Shown here: positions 9,944 to 19,064 of the stretch, one piece after another | How positions within the stretch are numbered: the stretch's first letter is position 1 | Layout of the letters: each line of letters begins with the position of its first letter | NCBI GenBank assembly: GCA_037481695.1 | Contig: JBBFLE010000020.1 | Span: forward strand, 1,721 to 65,720 | Reading direction: 5' to 3' | DNA length: 64,000 nt | Origin: a bacterium | GTDB lineage: Bacteria; Desulfobacterota; Desulfocorpusculales; Desulfocorpusculum | The notes under the pieces: generated by a model | The model's database searches: none | Seen by the model: only the letters and a program-made list of their open reading frames with translations | Told to the model about the DNA's origin: nothing | Position numbers and translations under genes: made by a program

Positions 9944-10468
9944 TTGATTAGGGACACCCTAGAGCCTCAGGATTTGGACAAGGACACCATGGGAGAAAAC
10001 CCCACGGCAAACGAGTCCTTTGGTGAATACCTGCTCAGGGAGCGTCAACTGCGCAACATTTCCCTGGAAGAGATATCCCAGAGGACGCGCATATCATTGA
10101 GAGTGCTTAAGGCATTGGAAGAGGAACGATGGGAAGAGCTTCCGGCGGATGTGTACATTAGAGGGTTTTTGAGAACCTACTCGCGTTACTTGGGTCTTGA
10201 TGAAAATGAAGTCTTGGTGCGTTATGAGGACCAGCGACCCGGTGTTGCAGCCCCCAGCAAAGATCTTTTCCGTCCCATAGGCAGGCCCAGACCAAGGCGC
10301 AGGAGGCTTTGGTTACTCTTAGTGATTCTTGGCTTTGCCCTTTTGGCTCTTTACTGGTTCTGGGGACGCCATCTTTTTCTGGGGTATGACATTTCAACCA
10401 GGCCTGCCCCGCCAGGCCCACATCTTCGCCCTGTGCCCATGCCCCCGGCCCCCCCCAATGGAAGTTGA
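9944..10468 (+). CDS. RodZ-like helix-turn-helix membrane protein
   Basis: HTH segment FGEYLLRERQLRNISLEEISQRTRISLRVLKALEEERWEELPADVYIRGFLRTY, then one TM helix (LWLLLVILGFALLALYWFW) and a Pro-rich tail. The track start is TTG 9944; ATG 9989 is an alternative. Confidence 0.65.
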   Translation: MIRDTLEPQDLDKDTMGENPTANESFGEYLLRERQLRNISLEEISQRTRISLRVLKALEEERWEELPADVYIRGFLRTYSRYLGLDENEVLVRYEDQRPGVAAPSKDLFRPIGRPRPRRRRLWLLLVILGFALLALYWFWGRHLFLGYDISTRPAPPGPHLRPVPMPPAPPNGS

Positions 10469-10580
10469 TGCTGTTGGCAATGGAACATAAGCGGTGATGG
10501 CCAGTGGTCAGCATGACAAGTAGGCTCGTCAGAGGAGGTCGGGGGCTGCCAAGTCCCAAGGTTACCTGGAATCAGGATCC

Positions 10581-11543
10581 ATGCACTTGAAAAAATGGAA
10601 AAAGCGGCTTAAGAGAGGGCCCGGAGCGTGGGCGGCATTTTTCGGGCTGGGATTGCTTTATGTGGTATTGCATCTGGTCCCCATAAATGCACTACCAAGA
10701 GTAGGTCTTTGGGTTGGAAGGATGATCGCCCTTCTTGGTGGTCCTAGAAGACGCATTGCATTGAGAAATCTGAGTAAGGCATTTGGCTCATCTTTGGGTT
10801 TTCACAGCAAGCGAGAGCTGGTCCAGAGGCTTTTGAAAACTCTCGGCCTTACCCTTGCAGAATTGGGGCATCCAGGCTTCATGAGCTTGGATTCTCTGCG
10901 CGAGAGAGTACCCATCCAGGGTCTGGAGCACTTGCAACAAGCCTTGTCTCAAGGTAGGGGAGTTATTTTGGCTACAGCCCATTTCGGAAATTTTCCTCTC
11001 ATATTGGCCAGGCTGGGGCTGGAGGGATATCACGTCGGGGTAATAATCAGGGATCCACGCCACAGGCCGGTGGCGCGTTTTCTGGATAGATGGAGGGCCA
11101 GTTACAATGTCAAAACGCTCAAGGATAAACCTCGGTGGGCCTCGGTGAAAGAGGCTCTGGCCCTTCTTCGTGAAAATGGAATACTCGTGTTGCACGTAGA
11201 TCTGAATGTCTCGGAGGGAGGTCTTTACGTGCCTTTTTTTGGACATTGGCTTCCCACCTTCAGAGGTCCTGCAATGTTGGCCCTTCGCTCTGGAACCCCC
11301 TTGTTGCCCACCTTCATAAGAAGGCTTCACGGTCTGCACCACAGGCTAAGTATCCATCCCCCCATCCAGGTGCAGCTTTGCGGTGATCGGGAGGAAGACA
11401 CCTGGCGCATTCTTCTGGCTTTGAACCAAGAAACCGAGAAGATCATCAGTCAGTATCCTGACCAATGGTGGTGGATCCACAGAAGGTTTAGAAAAGAAAA
11501 ACCTGCTTCAGAGGTAGGTCGCTCTTTGCATGCCCAGGCCTAG
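10581..11543 (+). CDS. Lipid A biosynthesis (lauroyl/myristoyl) acyltransferase family protein (LpxL/HtrB-like)
   Basis: 320 aa. N-terminal membrane anchor, ATAHFGNF catalytic-His region, family-typical C-terminus YPDQWWWIHRRF. Confidence 0.8.
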   Translation: MHLKKWKKRLKRGPGAWAAFFGLGLLYVVLHLVPINALPRVGLWVGRMIALLGGPRRRIALRNLSKAFGSSLGFHSKRELVQRLLKTLGLTLAELGHPGFMSLDSLRERVPIQGLEHLQQALSQGRGVILATAHFGNFPLILARLGLEGYHVGVIIRDPRHRPVARFLDRWRASYNVKTLKDKPRWASVKEALALLRENGILVLHVDLNVSEGGLYVPFFGHWLPTFRGPAMLALRSGTPLLPTFIRRLHGLHHRLSIHPPIQVQLCGDREEDTWRILLALNQETEKIISQYPDQWWWIHRRFRKEKPASEVGRSLHAQA

Positions 11544-11771
11544 ATACTTCTTCCCAACCCTTGGATTACCATGACCTGCGTGATTCATACGGGAGCTGAT
11601 GCGGGCAGGACGAAGGTTTTTGGGGATAAACCCATTTAATGAAATCCGGCCTGGCTTTCTGTATGGGGTCTCTCCCCACTTGTAGAAAGAGACTCCAGAG
11701 CAGAGCCAAACCTGACTTGCCTGACACCCAGGCAACACCCCTGGGACGGCCAGTAATGGGCAAGAATTCCT

Positions 11772-13151
11772 TTATTGGCCGGATAAGGACTTGAAGCCGT
11801 ATTTTTTGAGCTTATACCTTAACATGCGTTCGCTCAGACCCAGGATCTTTGCAGCCTTGCTTTGGTTGAAGCGGGCCTCCAGCATAGCTTTTTCTATCAA
11901 ACGCCTTTCCAGGGATTCCACAGCTGCTCGGAGTCCCTTTTTTTCTTCTACCTGTTCTGAAAAGACCGTTTCCTTGGTTCGAAGTCCAAAGGGCAAATCC
12001 TGGCTCTGGATCACCGTGTCCCTGGTTATAACCACTGCACGCTCCACTATGTTCTCAAGCTCTCTTACGTTTCCCGGATAGTCATACTTGTACAGAAGAT
12101 CCATGGCCTCACGGCTCACCCCCTGGATTTTTTTACCGTTGTCCCTGGCATAGCGCTTGAGGAAGTGCTCTACAAGGGGACGGATGTCCTGGCGCCTTTC
12201 CCTCAGAGGGGGCACCTTTATGGTCACCACATTGAGCCGGTAAAAGAGGTCTTCCCTGAAGGAGCCTTCTTTGATAGCAGACTCCAGATCCTTGTGGGTT
12301 GCGCTTATGAGCCTTACGTCAGCGTGCAAAGTGGTGGTCCCTCCCACCCTTTGGAACTCCCCCTCCTGGAGGAACCTCAGCAGCTTTACCTGCACGGGGG
12401 GGGAGAGATCCCCTATTTCATCCAAAAAGAGAGTACCGCCGTCGGCCTGCTCAAATCTGCCTATGCGCCGCTGTATTGCTCCGGTAAAGGCCCCTTTCTC
12501 ATGGCCGAAAAGTTCGCTTTCCAAGATGGACTCTGGTAAGGCAGCACAATTCACCGTTACCATAGGCTTTTGGCTGCGGGGGCTCAAGGAGTGGATAAGC
12601 CTGGCCAGAAGCTCCTTGCCAGTGCCGCTTTCCCCCAGAATCAATACAGCGGCCTTGCTGGGAGCCACCCTCCCTGCAAGGTTCACCACCTCCGCCATCT
12701 CCGGGCTCTTGTAAATCATCTCCCCGGGATCCACCCCTTTTTCACGCAGCCTCTCCCTGAGCAGATCGTTCTCCCTTATCAAAGTGCGGCGTTCCGCCAC
12801 CCTCCCCAAGGTGATGAGTAATTCCTCCAGGTCTATGGGCTTGGTCACATAGTCAAAGGCTCCCTTTTTCATGGCCTCCACGGCGCTCTCTACGGTCCCG
12901 AAGGCAGTTACCATCAGCACGTCCAGATCAGGCTGGATCTTCTTGGCCTGTTCCAGCACCTCCAGACCGCTCATACCCGGCATCTTCTGATCCATGACCA
13001 CCACGTCAAAGGTACGCTCCCTCAGAAGATCCAGGGCCCTTGGGCCGTCTTGGGCCTCTGCCACCTGGTGTCCCTGTTTCCTTAGGAACCCGGCCAGCAT
13101 TTGCCTCTGGGATGACTCATCTTCCACGATCAGCAGTTCCAGCGGTTTCAT
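11772..13151 (-). CDS. Sigma-54-dependent Fis-family response regulator (ZraR/AtoC/NtrC-like)
   Basis: REC domain (LLIVEDE...VVMDQKMPGMSG), AAA+ Walker A GESGTGKE, GAFTGA loop (EKGAFTGA), C-terminal Fis HTH. Start set to ATG 13151 (MKPLELLIVEDE), 16 nt after the kinase stop. Confidence 0.9.
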   Translation of the reverse strand: MKPLELLIVEDESSQRQMLAGFLRKQGHQVAEAQDGPRALDLLRERTFDVVVMDQKMPGMSGLEVLEQAKKIQPDLDVLMVTAFGTVESAVEAMKKGAFDYVTKPIDLEELLITLGRVAERRTLIRENDLLRERLREKGVDPGEMIYKSPEMAEVVNLAGRVAPSKAAVLILGESGTGKELLARLIHSLSPRSQKPMVTVNCAALPESILESELFGHEKGAFTGAIQRRIGRFEQADGGTLFLDEIGDLSPPVQVKLLRFLQEGEFQRVGGTTTLHADVRLISATHKDLESAIKEGSFREDLFYRLNVVTIKVPPLRERRQDIRPLVEHFLKRYARDNGKKIQGVSREAMDLLYKYDYPGNVRELENIVERAVVITRDTVIQSQDLPFGLRTKETVFSEQVEEKKGLRAAVESLERRLIEKAMLEARFNQSKAAKILGLSERMLRYKLKKYGFKSLSGQ

Positions 13152-13167
13152 GGCTGACGGGCCTCTC

Positions 13168-14940
13168 TCAAGCAGTGTGTGATCTTGGAAGGGAAACAAA
13201 AAAGCTTGTGCCCTTGCCTTCTTGGCTTTCCACTGTTATGTCTCCTCCGTGCAACCGCACTATCTCTCTGGCTATATGAAGCCCCAGTCCTAGGCCTCTG
13301 GCCTTGGTGGAGTAACCTGGCTCGAAGATCTTTTCAAGCTCTTCTCCACTTATCCCTCTTCCGCTGTCATGGATCTCCAGCACTACCCTTGATCTGTCCT
13401 CTGTTTTATAACCCAACCTCAAAACACCCCCTTGCTGACCCATTGCTTCCATGGCATTTACGGTCAGGTTCAGTAAGGCCTGCATTATCCTGTCGGGATC
13501 CACCAGGACCCTCGTCTCATTATCCTCCCCTGACACAACAATCTGGATGCCACAGGAGGAGGCCTGGGGTTGGATCAGGACAGACAAACGATCCAGCAGC
13601 TCTCTGGCCATGAGCTCCTTCACCTCCAGAGCGCCTTTTCTGGTCAGCCCCAAGAACTCCTCCACTATGCGGTTGATTCTTTGGATTTCTCCTCTGATGA
13701 CATTTACCAGACGAGAGAACTCTTTCTGGGAATTCTCCTGGGAGGGTGCATACTCTCTGCCCACCATCTGGACCGCCATGCTGATGGCATTGAGGGGATT
13801 TCTCACCTCGTGGGCCACAGCCGCAGCCAGCCTTCCCAAAGAGGAAAGGCTTTCAGCCTTTTGTAGCCTATCTCTCATTTCCTGAATCCTGGAGCGATGA
13901 CGGTTTTCTTCCCTGTACAGGAAGCCCACAGCCAAAAAAGCCAACAGGGTCATCATCCCGCTGGAAAGATAAATCTGGATTCGGTTTGTCTCCAGAAGGG
14001 AATCCATCTCACCTGGGTCAAGCCCCACATGGGCAGTCCCCACTACTTTCTCATCCATTCTAAAAGGTAGAACTATTTCAAGCACTTGTCTTCCATCTGA
14101 AGTCTCCTGCCTGAGGGCCCTGGCAGCAACTAGAGACTCAGCTTTGCTGTGAGCTCCTGTTTTCTTGGGCATGGCCTCCCCAGCCTCGGCCAAGAGCGCA
14201 CCACCTTCATCAATCACCCGCATGTAGAGCACTCCTTTTCTCCAGCCCCCCACTTCCAATGCCTCCTGGATTGCGGCCTTCAGTCTCCAGGCCAGCAGTT
14301 CCTCTTGTCCCAAGGCCAGCAACACCAGACCGTTTCCACTGCTTCTTCGTAAGGCCACATATGGAAAAGCCCTCAGGCCACTGCGCCAAGGAAAAAGCTT
14401 CAGGGACACCCACTTTGCTTCTTTCAGCAGAGTTGTGGCTTGCCCCATGATCTCCTGAGAAATGGGCCCGCTTGCCTTGAGGATCTGCCCTTTTTCATCC
14501 ACAAAGGCTATGGCTTGAAGACTCATGAGCCTTGCCATTTTCCTTAATTCTTCAGGAGGAAGATTCCCCTGTTCCTCTAGGGCATCCAACTCCCTTGCCG
14601 CCTCTATGAGGGAGGTGGCCAGGGCTTCGTGTGCCAAGTTGGTAGTCTCCCCAAGACCCGAGCCCCCACCACTGAAGGGGTCGTAAAGCTCCTCCATTTT
14701 ATTAAGATAAGAAAAAAGCTCTCTGGATATCCTCTCCACACCCTCCACAATGGAGGAGGCCTTGTTCTCTTGCACCTGGAGAAGTGTTGCCTCCATCCTC
14801 CTGGAATTCAAGAAAGCCAGTCCCAAAAAAAGAATCACAAAAATGACTCCCGCCAGACTGACAACTAAAGGCTGGACAAGACCCGATGGTGCTAACTCGG
14901 GCTTGATTCTTCTGGAATTGTTTGCTCTTTTCTCTGTCAA
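13168..14940 (-). CDS. Sensor histidine kinase with a large periplasmic domain (ZraS-like)
   Basis: 590 aa. Two TM helices flank a ~280-aa extracytoplasmic domain. H-box AHEVRNPLNAI. HATPase boxes DSGRGI and GLGLGLHIA. Confidence 0.85.
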   Translation of the reverse strand: MTEKRANNSRRIKPELAPSGLVQPLVVSLAGVIFVILFLGLAFLNSRRMEATLLQVQENKASSIVEGVERISRELFSYLNKMEELYDPFSGGGSGLGETTNLAHEALATSLIEAARELDALEEQGNLPPEELRKMARLMSLQAIAFVDEKGQILKASGPISQEIMGQATTLLKEAKWVSLKLFPWRSGLRAFPYVALRRSSGNGLVLLALGQEELLAWRLKAAIQEALEVGGWRKGVLYMRVIDEGGALLAEAGEAMPKKTGAHSKAESLVAARALRQETSDGRQVLEIVLPFRMDEKVVGTAHVGLDPGEMDSLLETNRIQIYLSSGMMTLLAFLAVGFLYREENRHRSRIQEMRDRLQKAESLSSLGRLAAAVAHEVRNPLNAISMAVQMVGREYAPSQENSQKEFSRLVNVIRGEIQRINRIVEEFLGLTRKGALEVKELMARELLDRLSVLIQPQASSCGIQIVVSGEDNETRVLVDPDRIMQALLNLTVNAMEAMGQQGGVLRLGYKTEDRSRVVLEIHDSGRGISGEELEKIFEPGYSTKARGLGLGLHIAREIVRLHGGDITVESQEGKGTSFFVSLPRSHTA

Positions 14941-15411
14941 GTCTCACCCCTCTTAGCAGGCCCTGATCTTTGTGGGCCTCCCAAAAGAAACATGACCAGG
15001 AAAAACCTTATACCCCTGTTGCCCTTACTGCTTTCTTGGACTTCCGGGGATTCCCTTGCTCCAATTTGCTAAAAACATACCATAATTAATGCATCCAGAC
15101 ACGCAGCCCACAAGTAATGCCAGGAAAATATGGCCTTCCCCCAAGGATATGTTGCTTGTTCCATGAAAGAGGACCAGTCAGAGATCCCTCTTGGTTTAAG
15201 AACCGTGAACAGGCCATGGCATGCCCTTGTATTTTGCGACAATAATGTCGAAAGAGCAGCCATGTCCATATCCATTGTTTAGATATATGAATTTACTTGC
15301 TTTTTTCTTCGTGGATCCTGATTCCCTCGACATTTCTTGCCCTAGGCCCAATCTTTTTTCAAAGAAAGGTCTCGAGCCTCAATTACTTGAAAATCCTAAC
15401 ATAATACAAAC

Positions 15412-15427
15412 TGGCACGGCTTGTGCT
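15412..15427 (+). promoter_or_regulatory. Sigma-54 (-24/-12) promoter upstream of the Spy/ZraP-like gene
   Basis: TGGCACGGCTTGTGCT has GG (15413-15414) and GC (15425-15426) separated by exactly 10 nt. One mismatch to TGGCACG-N4-TTGCW. About 90 nt upstream of ATG 15517 and divergent from a sigma-54 activator operon. Confidence 0.7.
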
Positions 15428-15516
15428 TTCAAGAAAGCAACAAAGGCCATGCGAGGCCAAAAAAAACAGGGTTTCCAAAAGAGGAACCCCATAGAGTGAC
15501 AAGGAGGGTAAAGGAG

Positions 15517-15981
15517 ATGAAAAGACGGTTGGCAGTTTTGATTGCAGGAGTCGTTCTTCTGGGATGGGCAGCCAATTCCTTGGCTGGCCCCGGATGGGGA
15601 AGAGGCATGGGACCAGGGGGAGGCCCCGGCCCTCATCCTTATATGGCCTCCTATCTGGGACTCACCCAGGAACAGGAAGCTCAACTACAGGCCATGAGGG
15701 AGAAGCATTTCAAGGAGATCTCCCCCTTGCAGCAAGAGCTTTTCAACAAGAGGCAAGAACTCAGACTTCTTTGGACAAGTCCCAACCCAGATGCAGAACA
15801 AATCATAGCCAAGCAAAGAGAGATAAACCAACTCCAGGGCCAGATTCAAGAGATGTCCACGAAACATCTCCTGGAGGCCAGAAGCATTCTTACCCCAGAG
15901 CAGCAACAGAAGCTGGGCTCAGGCAGAGGGCCGGGGCTTGGGGCCGGCTGGGGTAGAGGAGCCATGAGAGGTTGTTGGTAG
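15517..15981 (+). CDS. Periplasmic Spy/CpxP/ZraP-family protein (LTXXQ-type chaperone or metal-stress protein)
   Basis: Start refined to ATG 15517 (RBS AAGGAGG). Signal peptide MKRRLAVLIAGVVLLGWAANSLA. LTQEQ and LTPEQ motifs. Gly-rich N- and C-terminal tails. Confidence 0.75.
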   Translation: MKRRLAVLIAGVVLLGWAANSLAGPGWGRGMGPGGGPGPHPYMASYLGLTQEQEAQLQAMREKHFKEISPLQQELFNKRQELRLLWTSPNPDAEQIIAKQREINQLQGQIQEMSTKHLLEARSILTPEQQQKLGSGRGPGLGAGWGRGAMRGCW

Positions 15982-15988
15982 GCACAAG

Positions 15989-16012
15989 GGGGGCAGGGGC
16001 AACCCTGCTCCC
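15989..16012 (+). terminator. GC-rich hairpin between the convergent zraP-like and fdhD genes
   Basis: GGGGGCAGGG-GCAA-CCCTGCTCCC: 10-bp stem with one G-U pair and a GNRA-like loop. No clear U-tract on either strand. Confidence 0.4.
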
Positions 16013-16090
16013 AGAAAATCCCATGGCTTGGGCCATCCGCGGGGAAGGGTGAAACTGGGGCTGGCCGCAAGTAATTCTGCTTAAGACTCG

Positions 16091-16891
16091 CTATGTACAG
16101 CTTACCCTTTCACGGTGGCAATAGACGGTCAGTCTGCCTCCCCGCACAGATCCCAGGAGGGTCATCCCCACGTTCTCGGCCAGGGCTACACCCAAGGCCG
16201 TGGCGGCCGATCGGGATGCCACCACTGCAATACCCACCCGGGCAGCCTTAAGCACTATCTCGGAGGAAGCCCGGCCCGTGGTGAGAAGTATCTTGTCCTC
16301 CAGTGGAATCTTGTTTTTCATGGCGTGTCCCACAATCATGTCCACCGCGTTGTGGCGTCCGATGTCCTCCCTGAAAACCAACAATTGATCGGCACTGGCC
16401 AGACCCGCTGCATGGGTGGCACGAGCCTCTTTGTAAAGGCTTCCTCTGATACTGGCTTGATGCATCAACTCCACTATTTTCTCTGGGCTCAATTTGGGTC
16501 CGGGCCCCACCCTCTTGATCTGAATCCCGTCCAAAGGTTGATAATACAGACTCGCCCTTCCACATCCGGCACCAAGGGTCCTTTTATGCAGGAGCTCTTG
16601 CCTGAGCTTGCGTTTTTCCTTGAGCTCCACCCACACAAAACCGCCCCTATCATCCGTTCTTAAAGACAAAACCTCCTCCCAGCTATCCAAGATCCCCTCG
16701 GAACGCAAAAAACCAACTGCCAGTTCCTCTGGATGCTGCCCTGTGCAAAGAAGCGTTACCAGCTCTTGCCCGTCCAGGTAAATGGTAAGAGGTAATTCCC
16801 TGACCAGATTCACCTGGGACTCCGTGAGAATCCCATTTTGCAGCACTAGAACTCTTCTGTTTTCTATGATCTCGTCCTTCATATCGCACAC
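16091..16891 (-). CDS. fdhD: Formate dehydrogenase accessory sulfurtransferase FdhD
   Basis: 266 aa. FdhD-like C-terminal half (TGRASSEIVLKAARVGIAVVASRSAATALGVALAE...) and a Cys loop (GAGCGRASL). Confidence 0.85.
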   Translation of the reverse strand: MCDMKDEIIENRRVLVLQNGILTESQVNLVRELPLTIYLDGQELVTLLCTGQHPEELAVGFLRSEGILDSWEEVLSLRTDDRGGFVWVELKEKRKLRQELLHKRTLGAGCGRASLYYQPLDGIQIKRVGPGPKLSPEKIVELMHQASIRGSLYKEARATHAAGLASADQLLVFREDIGRHNAVDMIVGHAMKNKIPLEDKILLTTGRASSEIVLKAARVGIAVVASRSAATALGVALAENVGMTLLGSVRGGRLTVYCHRERVSCT

Positions 16892-16983
16892 ATCCGCCCC
16901 TTGATTCCCAGTTCAACGCCAGTTTCCACTGTCCCATTGCCATTGCCCGTCTTGGACTGCCCCCAGGGTACCTTTGCCATTTT

Positions 16984-18915
16984 CTATTTCCTCAAGACCC
17001 TCTTGTCTCCCACCCGCATGGTGAGTTTTGTTCTGTCAAAGTACTCCAACAGGGGGATCATGTACTTCCTGGAGAGGCCCGTCATCTCTTTGAAGTCCAA
17101 GGGCTGTATCTCGCCCTTTTCTTTTAGAAAAGCCACAAGTTTCTCCTCCAAGGCCCGAATCTCCCCCGAGTGAAAGTAAAGGCCTTCTTTCACCTTTATC
17201 AGTTTCCCCTGTCGAACCATGAGTTCCAACAGATCCCTGGCCTCTTTTTCCTGAAGCTTAAGCCTCTCCTCTACCTCTTTCTGCAATGGAGGTTGAAGCC
17301 CCACGCTCAGGAAAAGAGCCTCCAGTTCCTTTAGACGGGCCTGTTGTTTTTCTCCGAGATTTACCTTGTGGCCCTTCCATCGCCACCTGTCGCCCTCCAC
17401 CACCACCTCCCCCTCTTCCAGAAGACCCTGCAAAACCTGGGAGAAAAGCCTGCTGGAGGGTCGGGATGCACATCTGCCTCTCAAGTCTTCTTTGGGGATC
17501 CCAGGCTCCAGAGGATGCCCGTGGAAGTACTGCTGAAGTGCTTTGAGCACCTCAGCCCTAACCATGGAATAAACCTCCGTGGCCACAAAAAGCATGTCTT
17601 CCTGCCTGCTTCTGCCTCCTGTGCCCGAGTCTATCTCTTTGGCATCAGCCTTGAACCTAGGAGATTCCAGCACCTGAGCCCAAAGCTCTTCTGCCAGATT
17701 GAGCCTTTGCACCAGCTCAGCCTTGGTCATCCCCTTGGTGCCGCTGGCTTTGATCAAACTCAGGCTAATCCTTATGGGATCTCCGCTTTTGAGTTCTTCC
17801 AGGTAGGACATGACCTCTTGGGAATTGCGTTTGTGTTTTCGAGGAAAACCATCCAGTACAAGACCCCCTCCGATGGTGTAGGCAGGGGAATAGCTACGAA
17901 TAACGAAGGGATCCCCGTGGACCACCACCGTAGGGGATTCCAGCCGGATCTGAACCTCAGCCTCCTCTCCAGGTTCCAGGACCTCCCGATCCAGCAACAC
18001 AACCCTAGCCAGGATCTCTGCGGTGCCAGTATGAAACCTGACTCGGGCCCTGTTCTTGAGCTTCCAGGGGGCTGAGACAAGATACTCCAAGTGGGCATCC
18101 ACCATGTGGGTCACAGGAAGAGAATCAGGAGGTATCAGCACATCGCCCCTTTCTATTTGCTCCTTTTCAACGCCCTGAAGATTCACGGCCGTGCGCATAC
18201 CTCCAAAAGACTCTTTGACAGCCATGCCGTGCACCTGTAGCCCCCTTACTTTGGTGCGAATTCCCCTGGGAGCTACCTCCACTGGATCCCCTTCCCGGAT
18301 TCTTCCGGCAACCAGGGTGCCTGTCACCACCGTACCGAAACCCTTGATTGTAAAAGACCGGTCAATAGGTAGTCTGAAGTACCATGCTGGAGGTCTTTCC
18401 TGGATTTGAGAAGCCAGCCCATCTAACTTCTCCAGAAGATCCCCCAAACCCTGGCGTGTCAAAGCGGATGTTCTCACCACCGGGGCTCCCTCTAGAAAAG
18501 TCCCCTGGAGAAACTCCCTGAGGTCTTCCTCCACCATTTGGAGCCATTCCTCTTCCACCAGGTCCACCTTGGTAAGGGCCACCAAACCCTTCTTGACCCT
18601 AAGTAACTGGCAGATGTCCAGGTGCTCCCTGGTCTGAGGCATTATGCCCTCGTCTGCAGCAACAACCAGGAGCACCAAATCCACACCAGTGGCTCCTGCC
18701 ACCATGGTCTTGACAAACCTCTCATGGCCAGGCACATCCACTACGGCGGCTAGTCTTCCGCTGGGAAGACTAAGGTGTGCAAAGCCTAGCTCGATGGTGA
18801 TACCCCTTAGCTTTTCTTCCTTGAGCCTGTCGGTATTAATTCCGGTTAGGGCCTCCACAAGCGCCGTTTTTCCATGGTCTATGTGACCGGCTGTCCCGAT
18901 GATGATCTCACGCAT
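16984..18915 (-). CDS. selB: Selenocysteine-specific translation elongation factor SelB
   Basis: GTPase motifs [24 protein letters not shown]. The 643-aa length includes the long C-terminal winged-helix extension typical of SelB. Confidence 0.9.
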   Translation of the reverse strand: MREIIIGTAGHIDHGKTALVEALTGINTDRLKEEKLRGITIELGFAHLSLPSGRLAAVVDVPGHERFVKTMVAGATGVDLVLLVVAADEGIMPQTREHLDICQLLRVKKGLVALTKVDLVEEEWLQMVEEDLREFLQGTFLEGAPVVRTSALTRQGLGDLLEKLDGLASQIQERPPAWYFRLPIDRSFTIKGFGTVVTGTLVAGRIREGDPVEVAPRGIRTKVRGLQVHGMAVKESFGGMRTAVNLQGVEKEQIERGDVLIPPDSLPVTHMVDAHLEYLVSAPWKLKNRARVRFHTGTAEILARVVLLDREVLEPGEEAEVQIRLESPTVVVHGDPFVIRSYSPAYTIGGGLVLDGFPRKHKRNSQEVMSYLEELKSGDPIRISLSLIKASGTKGMTKAELVQRLNLAEELWAQVLESPRFKADAKEIDSGTGGRSRQEDMLFVATEVYSMVRAEVLKALQQYFHGHPLEPGIPKEDLRGRCASRPSSRLFSQVLQGLLEEGEVVVEGDRWRWKGHKVNLGEKQQARLKELEALFLSVGLQPPLQKEVEERLKLQEKEARDLLELMVRQGKLIKVKEGLYFHSGEIRALEEKLVAFLKEKGEIQPLDFKEMTGLSRKYMIPLLEYFDRTKLTMRVGDKRVLRK

Positions 18916-19064
18916 GGGAAACCTCTGAACCCCCCCAAGGGGCTGGATTAATTAACTTCCTTGAGTTTCCACAAGGGCCCCAGCTCAATGCCAAGACCCC
19001 GGTTCTGTGTGATTTGGTTGTGCCAGACTCTAGAGATGCCCGCAGGGCCATTTTCTCATTGCTT

